From: an uncultured delta proteobacterium
Lineage (GTDB): Bacteria; Desulfobacterota; Binatia; UBA9968
Assembly (NCBI GenBank): GCA_963737905.1
Contig: CAVTUQ010000013.1
Location: 1 to 64,000 of the forward strand
Direction of reading: 5' to 3'
DNA: 64,000 bases
A program made the translations under genes and the position numbers. Below are positions 10,201-19,641 of the stretch, piece after piece; within the stretch, counting starts at the first letter, position 1, and each line of letters starts with the position of its first letter. The notes under the pieces are model-generated. The model saw only the letters and a list, made by a program, of their open reading frames with translations. It had not been told where the DNA came from and did not search any database.

Positions 10201-10519
10201 AAATGGTCACTCTGGATGTTCAGTGAAGTCATCCATAGCGACGGGAGATATCACATTATGGAGCTGCTCCGGTTCCCCTTGTTTCGACGCATGAAACTTC
10301 CCGAGTTGGTCGAAAAGTCTGTCATTCAAGCGGATTTCACTGAACGGCCCTGACCACACAAAAACGTGCTAAATTGGACAGGTAAAAATCCACGGAGTCT
10401 AAAAATGGTCAGTAGTCAGGGAGGGAATATGAGCGCACGCGGCCGATTTCCAGTAGCGTTGGGATAACGGGACACCCAACTCCCACTAGGAAGCTTTTGA
10501 ACAACCCGGTGTAGTCGAA

Positions 10520-11521
10520 TTAGCCTGCCCGACCGTAAAGCTTGTCGATAAAGCCTGACTTTTTTATTTCCTCGAGAACGGTCGTGTCCATGACGCTCGC
10601 CGGTTTCACGTTGCGCGCGTTGGGATGGGGCAGGGAATCAAGCACGCTCTGAATGCCGTTCGGTTCCGGCACGGGAAATTCGCGCACGCTCTTGAGCGCG
10701 CGCTCGTAAACGTCCTTTTGCACGACCGGATCCTTGATATCTTCCTCGTCGAGAGCCGAGTAAACTGCCTTCGGCCGGGTTCTGAAGACATAGATGCCTT
10801 CGAGATAAGCCATGAGCAAACGGCGCAAAGTCTCGCGCTGGGTCTTGATGTAGGATACCGGGAACGCATAGCCGTAGCGGGCATAATCCATCGGCAAGTC
10901 GGCGAGATCCGCCAGAATGCGACAGCAGCCCGAAGCGATCATTTTGTGGACACTCTCGGGGCTGACCAGCGCGCCGTCGACATGACCGGCCGCCAGCGCT
11001 GTCATGCGGGTCGGCGTGTTGCCCGATTGTATTAGAATCGTTTCCTTGTCGGGGTCAATCCTCCATGAGCGCAAAACCATTCGCGTGATCGTATCGGACG
11101 CCGATCCGATCCGGCTGACGGCCAACCGTTTGCCCCTGAGATCTTCCGGCTTAGCGATATTTTTGCGCACGACGAATACGTGTTCGATACGGTTGATGGT
11201 GACAGTGACGATCTTCAAATCGGCGACCCCGGCGACTGCAAGATTGACCATGCCAGGCACTTCAGACTCCGAGCCGACGATATTACCGCCGGCCATGGCC
11301 TGGATCAAAACAGTGCCGCTGTTGAAATAGACGCTCTTGACGTTAAGACCGTACTTCTCCCAAATCTTGTCGCGCTCCATTATGCGGCGCAGAATGTTCA
11401 GCGAGCCGGCGCCGCCGCTATGGCCGAGAATGACATTGGTTGGCGGCGCTTGCGCCATTAGACCGGAGGGCAAGGCTAGCCACAAAAACAATCCTAAGGA
11501 AAGACCAAGGACTCCATTCAT
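10520..11521 (-). CDS. ABC substrate-binding protein, NMT1/SsuA-like
   Basis: Signal peptide; KYGLNVKSV, DLRGKRLAVSRIGSASD and C-terminal EEIKKSGFIDKLY. Confidence 0.88.
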   Translation of the reverse strand: MNGVLGLSLGLFLWLALPSGLMAQAPPTNVILGHSGGAGSLNILRRIMERDKIWEKYGLNVKSVYFNSGTVLIQAMAGGNIVGSESEVPGMVNLAVAGVADLKIVTVTINRIEHVFVVRKNIAKPEDLRGKRLAVSRIGSASDTITRMVLRSWRIDPDKETILIQSGNTPTRMTALAAGHVDGALVSPESVHKMIASGCCRILADLADLPMDYARYGYAFPVSYIKTQRETLRRLLMAYLEGIYVFRTRPKAVYSALDEEDIKDPVVQKDVYERALKSVREFPVPEPNGIQSVLDSLPHPNARNVKPASVMDTTVLEEIKKSGFIDKLYGRAG

Positions 11522-11550
11522 CTTCTGACTCTTTGCAGTTCTCCGCGCAT

Positions 11551-11583
11551 AAACTCGAAACCCGAGACTCGGAACTCGAAACT
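11551..11583. repeat. Intergenic heptamer tandem repeat (RRACYCG)
   Basis: aaactcg-aaacccg-agactcg-gaactcg-aaact. Confidence 0.75.
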
Positions 11584-11594
11584 GCCGAGAGACA

Positions 11595-12782
11595 CTACCG
11601 AGGTGTCTGCAACCAACGCTCAGGCTCAAGGCCGGGACGATTTTTGTATTTTTCAGCGATCGCCTTCACCTTCGGATGGTCCGCTGTGGTAATGCGTCCA
11701 TCCTTGTAAACGTAATTGTCGCCGATCTTTAGTTCGCCGCCGCGCATTTCGGCCGAAATATGCATCAAGTAGGGAAAATTTTTCGCCCGCCGGCTGTTGC
11801 CCATATGAAAATGAAAACTGCTCCAGTGGTGATGCTCGATGAAATGACGATAGGGAGCGTTCGGACACTGGTGCGGTTCTAACATGGCGGAAGGATGCAC
11901 TCCGCCGTGAAAGCCGCGGACCTCATAAGCCGCTTCGCCAAGGTACTTTGAAATGAACTTGTAGAACCGAGTCAGCGTTTCGGCTTCCTCGCCACCTTCG
12001 AACTTCTTAATGTAGCCCCTTTCGATGTAAACCCGGAGCGGTTGCTTAAACGGACACGGAACACCAATGTGCCGCGCCCAAATCACACCGATCTCATTGA
12101 TGATGCCGACGCCTTCGGCATCCCGCGCGCGGATCGAAGACCACACTCCTTCAGGAAACGGGCAATAAACGCCGATGTCGCGATAATGGGCGTAGTCTTC
12201 CACCTCCTCAGGCTTCACCACATAGCCCTCGATATGTGAACCGTTCGGATGGGTCATCACCCACTTGGCGCCGGGCTTGGCGAGCGCATTGGCTTGAATG
12301 CGAATCTCAGAAACAAGCTCGTACGGCGTTAGTCCCCAATTACTCGAAAGCAAAGACGCCGTCGTCGCCATGTTGCGAGCATAGGGAATTTTTCGCTCTT
12401 CAAGTATATCGGGAATTTCGCGCAATTCTTCTTCGTAAGTCAGATCGACCGCGTTGCTGATCACTACGTCAGCGGCGCGCATGGCGTTGGCGACGACGGG
12501 GGGCACGCGCCAGGCTTTGCTTGGGTCCGCGCCTTCGCCCCAGATAATCGCGGGCCGCGAAGGAATGTCGCACCAAATCACGGTAGCGTCCGCGCCCCGC
12601 TGGACGACGGCCGCATGCAGCCACGCCACGGTTTCCTGGTCAACGATGTTAACGCCGCCGTGGAGACCATCATTGGCGGCAACGATCACCACGTTCATGC
12701 CCGGCTTGACCTTGGCGCAATTGTCGACCATATCGGCCACGGCAATCGCCGCTTGTTTGGGGATAAGTGGAACTGGACTCAT
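11595..12782 (-). CDS. NicX-like / M29 aminopeptidase-fold metalloprotein (possible ring-cleavage dioxygenase)
   Basis: CAKVKPGMNVVIV N-terminus, FPEG, YIERGYIKKFEGGEEA, and His-rich HFHMGNS...HISAEM..GDNYVYKDG C-terminus; start set by GGAGA RBS. Confidence 0.55.
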   Translation of the reverse strand: MSPVPLIPKQAAIAVADMVDNCAKVKPGMNVVIVAANDGLHGGVNIVDQETVAWLHAAVVQRGADATVIWCDIPSRPAIIWGEGADPSKAWRVPPVVANAMRAADVVISNAVDLTYEEELREIPDILEERKIPYARNMATTASLLSSNWGLTPYELVSEIRIQANALAKPGAKWVMTHPNGSHIEGYVVKPEEVEDYAHYRDIGVYCPFPEGVWSSIRARDAEGVGIINEIGVIWARHIGVPCPFKQPLRVYIERGYIKKFEGGEEAETLTRFYKFISKYLGEAAYEVRGFHGGVHPSAMLEPHQCPNAPYRHFIEHHHWSSFHFHMGNSRRAKNFPYLMHISAEMRGGELKIGDNYVYKDGRITTADHPKVKAIAEKYKNRPGLEPERWLQTPR

Positions 12783-12804
12783 GAATTTCTCCAGTGCTTT
12801 ATGA

Positions 12805-12860
12805 TTTCGAGTTCCGAGTTTTGCGTTTCGAGTTAAACCCGAAACCCGAGACGCGAAACT
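12805..12860. repeat. Palindromic heptamer repeat cluster
   Basis: tttcgag-ttccgag-ttttgcg-tttcgag-tt / aaacccg-aaacccg-agacgcg-aaact. Confidence 0.75.
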
Positions 12861-12880
12861 CAATACAAGCTTGTCGGAAA

Positions 12881-13855
12881 CTACGACGCCGCCCTAACTT
12901 TATTCCGCTCCCCCTCAACCAGCGGCCGATACTTCGCGCAGAGTGCGTTCCAGCCTTCGGCTTTTTTCTTCGCCCGTTCGATGGTGGTGGCGGAAAAGTT
13001 CATGATCGGCGTGCGCGCCGGCCCCGGGTTAACGTATCCGGCGAATTCGATGGGCAGCTTCGCTGTAGCCCCTTCGTTGCCCCCAGGCCGCTCGCCTCCC
13101 GCCACGGCCATGATTTCACTGATCACTTGCAGCGCTTCTTGATCTTTGCCCGCTCTGACTAGATTTCGTAGATGGAGCACAGGCCATGGTCCCATCCAGG
13201 CGTCGATGGACCAGCAGCCGGCCGCGCCCATCCGGTAGTATGGAAACATTTGCGCTTGGTTTGTCATGACGCTGATTTTGCCGCGAATGATGTCCATTAA
13301 GCGGACAAATTCCCTCGTGTCGCGATGGCTGTCCTTCATGCCAATGATGTTTGGACATTTGACCAGTGTGGGAAATACGGACGCCGGAATTCTCACCTTG
13401 TGGTTGACCGGATTGTGATAGATAAGAAAGCCCAGCTTGGGAAACATCTCGGCGATCTGAGTGTAAAAGTCGGCCATGTACTCGGGCGACTGCGCATCAT
13501 AATAGGGCACACCGAGCAACGTTCCATCGCCGCCGATGTCCTGCACGAACTTCAGCCGCTCGACGACTTCCCGCGCATTCGGGCTGGTTGCGCCAATGAA
13601 GAGAGGCACGCGCTTCTTTACCGCGTCGACGGCGGCCACAGCCAAAGTCTTGTATTCGTCCCAATCGAGGTTGTAGCACTCGCCAAAACTTCCGGTGGTG
13701 GTGATCACATCGATCCCATCGTTGATCATCCGGTCCACGCCGGCCTTAAGATTGTCGACATCGACCGTGTTCTTCGAAGTCAGATCACCTGCATCCTTAG
13801 TCGAAAACGACGGCATCATCGCCATCACTCCTTGCACATCTTTTGCGGTTACCAT
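12881..13855 (-). CDS. DHDPS-family hydratase-aldolase, NahE/PhdJ-like
   Basis: TAKDVQGVMAMMP..DAGDL....TVD N-terminus as in NahE; GSFGE, IYHNP and Schiff-base Lys in GMKDS. Confidence 0.75.
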   Translation of the reverse strand: MVTAKDVQGVMAMMPSFSTKDAGDLTSKNTVDVDNLKAGVDRMINDGIDVITTTGSFGECYNLDWDEYKTLAVAAVDAVKKRVPLFIGATSPNAREVVERLKFVQDIGGDGTLLGVPYYDAQSPEYMADFYTQIAEMFPKLGFLIYHNPVNHKVRIPASVFPTLVKCPNIIGMKDSHRDTREFVRLMDIIRGKISVMTNQAQMFPYYRMGAAGCWSIDAWMGPWPVLHLRNLVRAGKDQEALQVISEIMAVAGGERPGGNEGATAKLPIEFAGYVNPGPARTPIMNFSATTIERAKKKAEGWNALCAKYRPLVEGERNKVRAAS

Positions 13856-13888
13856 AGGCCCTCCTTCTTTCGGTTCAATCGTTTATAC

Positions 13889-15061
13889 TTATAAATAGTG
13901 TTGACCGTCGAGGTGAAAAAACTTGACGGCATTGCCAGCCAACATCCGGCGTTTCTCGTCCTGGGGCACCCCGGCCATCTGCTCCTCCATGACCTGTAGA
14001 GAATTAGGCCAGCGAGTGACGATGTGGGGGAAGTCCGTCGACCACATGATTCTGTCCACGCCTACATAGTGGCGCAGCTGGACTCCGATGGGGTCGTCGA
14101 AAAAACCCCAATGCGCGTGCTCCTTCAAATACTCGCTTGGAAGATGCGACAGCCGTTTGAGTCCCAACAGCCGCTCCGCCCACGAGCAGCTGACTTTATA
14201 CGCCTGATCCATCTGCTGGTAAAAGTAAGGGATCCAACCGATGTTGTTCTCGGCCCAATAGATTTGCAGCTTCAGGAATCTGTCAAAGACACCGCTCAAG
14301 ATCAGTTGCACCGCTTCAATCGCTCCGCAGTGATGGATGCCGTGGCGCGCGACGCGCTCGACGAAATCCATGGGCCTTTCCTCTCCTTCCGGCTCCTGCG
14401 GATACTTCATTAGAAAAACATCTCGCCCGCGGTACTGCTTCGGGAATGACGTGTGAATCGTGAGCGGCATATCGAGATCGATCGCCGCCGCCCAAAACTT
14501 ATCGTCTTCAGGGGTCGGATAGTCTTTACCGCTCGGGAACGTATGAAGGCGAACCGCCTTGAACCCTTTTTCCTTGCAGCGTTTCATTTCCGCGATGTCT
14601 TCTTCGACGCCGATATTGGGAAGCACGGCAACTCCCACGAGCCGGTCCGGAGCAACCCTGCAGTACTCCTCGATAAAGTAATCATTAAAGCCGCGTAGAA
14701 TCCCTAGAAAGGTGCTTTTGTCTTTGATCGCGGTATTACGGGCTTCCGTAGCAAATATCAGCTCCGCGTCGATGCCGTCTGCGTCCTGTTCTTTTAGCCT
14801 CTGCTCGGGCGAACCCGCGCCGATAGCGTTGTCAAAATCGAGCTCGACCGGGCTGAACTCTTCCACAGACTTGCCGGCGAACTGGTTGGTTCCTCTAAAA
14901 GTAATGCCGCACGCCTCTTCAACGATGATATCCTTGCCATTGGGCAATTTCAGACGGCGCGGAGCGCGATCTCGGTATTGCTTCGGAACACGATGAACCC
15001 ACCTATCCGGAGCTGACTCAAAATGGCTATCGGCGGAAAAAAACTGATACGTTCGGGCCAA
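13889..15061 (-). CDS. Amidohydrolase_2 family protein (possible decarboxylase/hydratase)
   Basis: SADSHFE, QDADGIDAE, LTIHT, VFDRF and IMWSTDFPH motifs; TTG start with GGAGG RBS. Confidence 0.88.
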   Translation of the reverse strand: MARTYQFFSADSHFESAPDRWVHRVPKQYRDRAPRRLKLPNGKDIIVEEACGITFRGTNQFAGKSVEEFSPVELDFDNAIGAGSPEQRLKEQDADGIDAELIFATEARNTAIKDKSTFLGILRGFNDYFIEEYCRVAPDRLVGVAVLPNIGVEEDIAEMKRCKEKGFKAVRLHTFPSGKDYPTPEDDKFWAAAIDLDMPLTIHTSFPKQYRGRDVFLMKYPQEPEGEERPMDFVERVARHGIHHCGAIEAVQLILSGVFDRFLKLQIYWAENNIGWIPYFYQQMDQAYKVSCSWAERLLGLKRLSHLPSEYLKEHAHWGFFDDPIGVQLRHYVGVDRIMWSTDFPHIVTRWPNSLQVMEEQMAGVPQDEKRRMLAGNAVKFFHLDGQHYL

Positions 15062-15312
15062 TGACGCAATCCTCCACTGCCCAAGCGCTGCTGATCTGAA
15101 TTGCGCGCGCAGATTACGGATTCTCTTGTCTTTATTCCGGCTGCCACTCGGTGTCAATCGCTACGAAAAGATCATTGCGCGGTCGTTGCAAAACCGGAGC
15201 GTTCCCGTGTGAATCCGCTTGCGCTGCCGTGGACGAAGATAATAAACTCACCCATCGCCTTTAAAGTTTGGATTTGGTGGATATTTATCACGCTGTTGAA
15301 AAACCCTGATTC

Positions 15313-15437
15313 CAGGCTGTTCAAAAAGGTCCAGATGCGAGGCGCGCGAAGAGTCGACGAGCGGAGGCGTATTTGGTGATACGTTGGAGCGAGGCGATTG
15401 AGCGCAACGAAGCAGGTGGGCCTTTTTCAACAGTCTG
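15313..15437. mobile_element. MITE-like element with IS-type terminal inverted repeats
   Basis: CAGGCTGTTCAAAAAGG ... CCTTTTTCAACAGTCTG; a further partial end, GCTGTTGAAAAACC, at about 15292. Confidence 0.7.
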
Positions 15438-15464
15438 TCATGATTCGACAAAAGGAGCACAAGT

Positions 15465-16481
15465 ATGAGCAAACCAGCGATCGATCACCGCGACCGACTC
15501 GATGCATTGAATGGCAAGCTCAGCAATTTGGACATGCGCGGATATTGGCAACTCCGACACGATGCCGACCGCATGGAACCAAAGCTCTGGCGCTGGGTGG
15601 ATATTTATCCCGCGCTCATGGAAACGGCGGACGTCGTGCGAATAGGCGCCGACGCATTCCGGCGCAACGTGGGTCTGCAAACGGGCAGCCGGACGATTAG
15701 CATGGGATTTCAGATCGTGCTCCCCGGTGAAGCAGCGCCCCCCCATCGCCACACCAACACGGCGTTGCGCTTCGTCATCAAAGGAGGAGGAGCCTACACG
15801 ACCTCCAACGGCGAGCCCATGATCATGAATCCGGGAGATCTGCTGATCCAGCCGAACTGGGCATGGCACGACCATGTCAATCATTCAAACGAGCCGATCA
15901 TTTGGATCGACGCCCTTGATAGCGGCTTGGTCAATTTCTTAAATGGTTCGTTTCGGGAAGAATGGTCGGAAGGAATAAACCAGCCGCTGACGAAAAAAGA
16001 CGGAGCTTCACGACGCCTATATGGTCCGGTGCGCCAGCCGGCAGTCCAATCCGAATCGGCTGGAGTTCCCTACCATTATAAGTGGGGAGAGACCCTCGAA
16101 GCGTTGCAAGAACTCACTGAACAAGGAATACACGATCCCTACGACGGCGTTCTCTTGGAATACAAGAACCCGATCAACGGCGGTCCCACGTTTTTGACCA
16201 TGACCTGCCACTTGCAGATGCTCCTGCCGGGACAAGAAACCCGTTTTCATCGCCACACGGGAACAACTCTGTATCACACGGTCCAGGGACACGGAGCGAC
16301 TGTGCTCGATCAAGACAAATCGATTGAGCTGGTGTGGGACGAACACGACAGTTTCAGCCTCCCTTCATGGCGCTGGCACAAGCATCGCAATCGGTCCGCA
16401 ACTGAACCTGCCATCCTTTTCTCTTTGACCGATCGACCGATCCTGCAGATGACAGGATTGGATAGGGAGGAACGAGGATAA
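15465..16481 (+). CDS. Bicupin dioxygenase, gentisate 1,2-dioxygenase family
   Basis: QIVLPGEAAPPHRHT..LRF, WAWHDH, DPYDGVLLEYKNP and a second HRHT..WHKH. Confidence 0.88.
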   Translation: MSKPAIDHRDRLDALNGKLSNLDMRGYWQLRHDADRMEPKLWRWVDIYPALMETADVVRIGADAFRRNVGLQTGSRTISMGFQIVLPGEAAPPHRHTNTALRFVIKGGGAYTTSNGEPMIMNPGDLLIQPNWAWHDHVNHSNEPIIWIDALDSGLVNFLNGSFREEWSEGINQPLTKKDGASRRLYGPVRQPAVQSESAGVPYHYKWGETLEALQELTEQGIHDPYDGVLLEYKNPINGGPTFLTMTCHLQMLLPGQETRFHRHTGTTLYHTVQGHGATVLDQDKSIELVWDEHDSFSLPSWRWHKHRNRSATEPAILFSLTDRPILQMTGLDREERG

Positions 16482-16592
16482 CGCGGCCTAATTTGTCGCA
16501 CAACTTGAATGATTAAACATCTTGACGTGTAAACGATTTACACTGTGAAGTGGACTGTTCGAAGAGTCCAGGCAGTCCATATCGCGCTTGCG

Positions 16593-18365
16593 CTATTGGC
16601 CCAGTGTTTTGCCTATCCATTTTCGACCGGCGATCACGAAAATCAAATTGAAGGTGATGAGGACGACCAACATCGCCGCGGAACTATTGAAGCGGCCGCC
16701 AACGAACGCCTCATAGATAATATTGGCCACCACGACACTACCAGCAGAAGCCAATAGCAGTGCCACAGAAAAATCCTTCGCGGCATGGACCAGCACCCAG
16801 AGCCAGCCGTTCAAGAACGCCGGAGCCAGCAAGCGCAGCGTAATCCGGCAAAACGTCTGAAAGTTGCTAGCCCCGCTGGTATGCGATACTTCCTCCAGCT
16901 CTTTGTGAATTTGCAGAATCGCTGAGTGCATCAAGCGGGTGCCAAAGGCCAGGTAGCGAGCAATGAAAGCGAGCATCAAGAGTATCAGTGTGCCATGGAT
17001 CGGTGTGCCGACGAACATGAGAAAGAGCGCCAACGACGATATGATCCCGGGGATCGCGAGCGGCATGAAGGCAACGAAGTTGATCATTTTACTGAGCGGC
17101 GAAGGATTTCGCGCCACCAGCCAGCCGATGAAACTTACCAACATCATCGTCAGCGTCGCCGCTCCCACCGCCACGATGAGAGTATTCAAGAGGTAGCTAC
17201 CGAAGAAACGGTAGTCGAACAGTCGCTGGTAGTTGAGCGAGGTCCAGTTCATATCGGCAAAGGACTCTCGCACCGGCGGGACGTAGAATCGAAGGAAACT
17301 CGCATACAGCAAAACCGCGAACGGCAAAACGACTTTCACCAGGATAAAAAGGCAAATGGCGCTGAGGGCGATATATCTCCAAAAGCCAAGTTCGATCACT
17401 TTGGGACGATAACCCTTGCCAGTAACCACGGCATAGTCCGACGCTTGACGCACGAGATGATGATAAAGCCATGTGCCAGCGATTCCCATCACTAATCCAA
17501 GCATGCCGAAGGCCGCTGGGATCCCGTAATTTACTCCCATGTCGGAGGTCGGCACGAGGCTGAAGAAAATCTTTGTCGACAACACGTCGATCCCGGCCGT
17601 CGGACCCAAGGCTAGCGGCAATTCCAACGCCTCGAGCCCGGTAAGAAAAAAATAGATGGCCACCGCCGCCACCCCCGGACGCATCAGCGGCGCTGTAACG
17701 GTCTTCAACACTCGCCAGCGGCCCGCGCCGGCAACGGCGGCCGCCTCCTCCAGAATCGGGTCCATCCGCCGGAGCACCGCGGTGAGAAATAGCCACATGG
17801 TCGGCACCATTCCCAGAACGTGGACGAAAATGAGACCCTCAAGGCTATAGATGTTAAACGGCCCCTCCGCCGCATCGCTTCCCGTGAACGAACGCAAATA
17901 GACGTTCAGAGTGCCCCCGCGCGGCCCGAGGAGAAGGACCCAGCCAAGAGCCGTGGCAAAGACCGGCGTGCTCATCGGAATGAACATGAGCACGTACATC
18001 GCGTTGCGCAGCGGCATATCCGTTCGCTCCGTGAGAAAAGCGAACGCGAAGGCAATGGGCAGAGCAAAGAGAACGCCCAGCCCGGCGTAAGTGAGTGTGT
18101 TGCGAATGATGGGCAACCAGTCGGCGCCACCGAAGGCGTGAACATAAGGCGCAATCGTGTACGCCCCGGGGGCCAGCGGCAGGACACCGGCCGGTCGAAC
18201 GCTGGCAAGAACCATAAAGATCAAGGGAACAACGACCAGGACAGCGAGCACGACGAGCACCAAGACAGAACCGCCGAGCCGGAACTCGAACCATCGAAAT
18301 GGAGATAGTGGGAGGCGGTGTCGGACGGCGTGGGTTATGAAAACTCCCTGCCTGGACTCCATCAC
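16593..18365 (-). CDS. ABC permease, FbpB/ThiP-like (two fused TM domains)
   Basis: MDPILEEAA and IHKELEEVS EAA loops; TGKGYRP linker. Confidence 0.9.
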   Translation of the reverse strand: MMESRQGVFITHAVRHRLPLSPFRWFEFRLGGSVLVLVVLAVLVVVPLIFMVLASVRPAGVLPLAPGAYTIAPYVHAFGGADWLPIIRNTLTYAGLGVLFALPIAFAFAFLTERTDMPLRNAMYVLMFIPMSTPVFATALGWVLLLGPRGGTLNVYLRSFTGSDAAEGPFNIYSLEGLIFVHVLGMVPTMWLFLTAVLRRMDPILEEAAAVAGAGRWRVLKTVTAPLMRPGVAAVAIYFFLTGLEALELPLALGPTAGIDVLSTKIFFSLVPTSDMGVNYGIPAAFGMLGLVMGIAGTWLYHHLVRQASDYAVVTGKGYRPKVIELGFWRYIALSAICLFILVKVVLPFAVLLYASFLRFYVPPVRESFADMNWTSLNYQRLFDYRFFGSYLLNTLIVAVGAATLTMMLVSFIGWLVARNPSPLSKMINFVAFMPLAIPGIISSLALFLMFVGTPIHGTLILLMLAFIARYLAFGTRLMHSAILQIHKELEEVSHTSGASNFQTFCRITLRLLAPAFLNGWLWVLVHAAKDFSVALLLASAGSVVVANIIYEAFVGGRFNSSAAMLVVLITFNLIFVIAGRKWIGKTLGQ

Positions 18366-18392
18366 TCCTCCGCCGAAAATAATACGCGACCG

Positions 18393-19550
18393 TTATCGAG
18401 ATAATTTTTTCTTGCTGGCTACGCCGGCCTTCAGGGCCTCGATCGCGATCTTGCGGTACTCGCCAGACTTCTCAGCGTCTTCTTCAGTCTTGGGACCGAC
18501 CACCTGATCCGGCGAGGTGATACCCTGCTGGCGGACCAATTTGGTTAGCGGGAGATACTTTTCCTCTTCTTCGTAAAGACGGAGCACCGCTCCTCCAGTC
18601 ATTTTGGCTTCAAGATAAGTGCCGTCAAAGATATCCCATGCCCAAAATAACGCCGCCATGTTCGGATCATTGACGCTGGGCTTGGTGAGGCAAGCGACGG
18701 TCACATTTCCCATGATAAACTCTGCGAAGCCGATCTCGACCGGAGCTCCCAAGGTTTTCTGTTGCGCCACCCAGTTCATCGCCGCAAGCCCGATATCGCC
18801 TTCGCCTTGGACCAGCGCTTGGAGCACATTGAAACTTCCGCCGGCAACTAGCTTGGCCCCGTTGGCGCCAAGGTTGTGGGACAAGATGCGCATCCGTTCC
18901 ACGTCCCAGCCGGGCGCGAACGGCAAGGTGTACAAGCCAAGCGCTTGCGCGTCCCAAACAACTCGGTTGCGCCATTTGTCGGTCGTCAAGTCTTCTAACT
19001 TGAGGCCCTTCACTTCACCGGGCTTCACCTTCCGCGTATTGTACACAAGCGACCAACTGGTCGTCCCCATATTCATGCAGTGATCGCTCAGCACGCTACC
19101 GTCGGGACCGCCTCCGATATTGGGAACTCCCGCCCGCAGCTTGCGCGCCAAAGGCCAACCCTCGTAGATCGCCTCCCACGGCGGCCGGCGCGTATTTCCC
19201 GCTCGGAACATGCCGAGAATCAGAGGAGTTCCGCCATTCCACATATCGATAACTGCACGGCCACTTTTGGCCGATTCGACTACTTTGAGTGGCATGTCAC
19301 GGTGATGCCCCGGTTGCGATTCTATTTTCACTGGGAAGCCGAATTTTTTCTGAAAAGTTGCTTCCTTCGCCCTTACAATCTCCGCGTCTGTCCCTTCCAA
19401 AGCTACCGTGACCGTGTGATTCGATTCTTTGGCCTTAGCGATCAGCTCTTTCAATGTTCGCGGTGCCGGCGCTTCCGCGGCGGAAGAAGCACTTAAGGTC
19501 GCTAACAAGAACCAAAGGACGCTTCCATTGACCAATTTTTTTTCTCTCAT
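18393..19550 (-). CDS. ABC substrate-binding protein (AfuA/FbpA-like fold)
   Basis: Signal peptide; YNTRKVKP, EDLTTDKWRNR, GEGDIG and GAPVE; directly upstream of the permease. Confidence 0.8.
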   Translation of the reverse strand: MREKKLVNGSVLWFLLATLSASSAAEAPAPRTLKELIAKAKESNHTVTVALEGTDAEIVRAKEATFQKKFGFPVKIESQPGHHRDMPLKVVESAKSGRAVIDMWNGGTPLILGMFRAGNTRRPPWEAIYEGWPLARKLRAGVPNIGGGPDGSVLSDHCMNMGTTSWSLVYNTRKVKPGEVKGLKLEDLTTDKWRNRVVWDAQALGLYTLPFAPGWDVERMRILSHNLGANGAKLVAGGSFNVLQALVQGEGDIGLAAMNWVAQQKTLGAPVEIGFAEFIMGNVTVACLTKPSVNDPNMAALFWAWDIFDGTYLEAKMTGGAVLRLYEEEEKYLPLTKLVRQQGITSPDQVVGPKTEEDAEKSGEYRKIAIEALKAGVASKKKLSR

Positions 19551-19641
19551 TCGACTAACTCCTCGAGTTACGTTTGTCGGTTTCTAGCCGGTCGTCTGAA
19601 GTTAACCCGAAACCAGAGACCCGAGACTGGCGGCCATCCGG

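Noticed and set aside
4965-10500. attL/attR duplication of the tRNA-Arg 3' end
   Set aside because: No second copy of the tRNA 3' end was found by eye, so an intact integrative element cannot be delimited.
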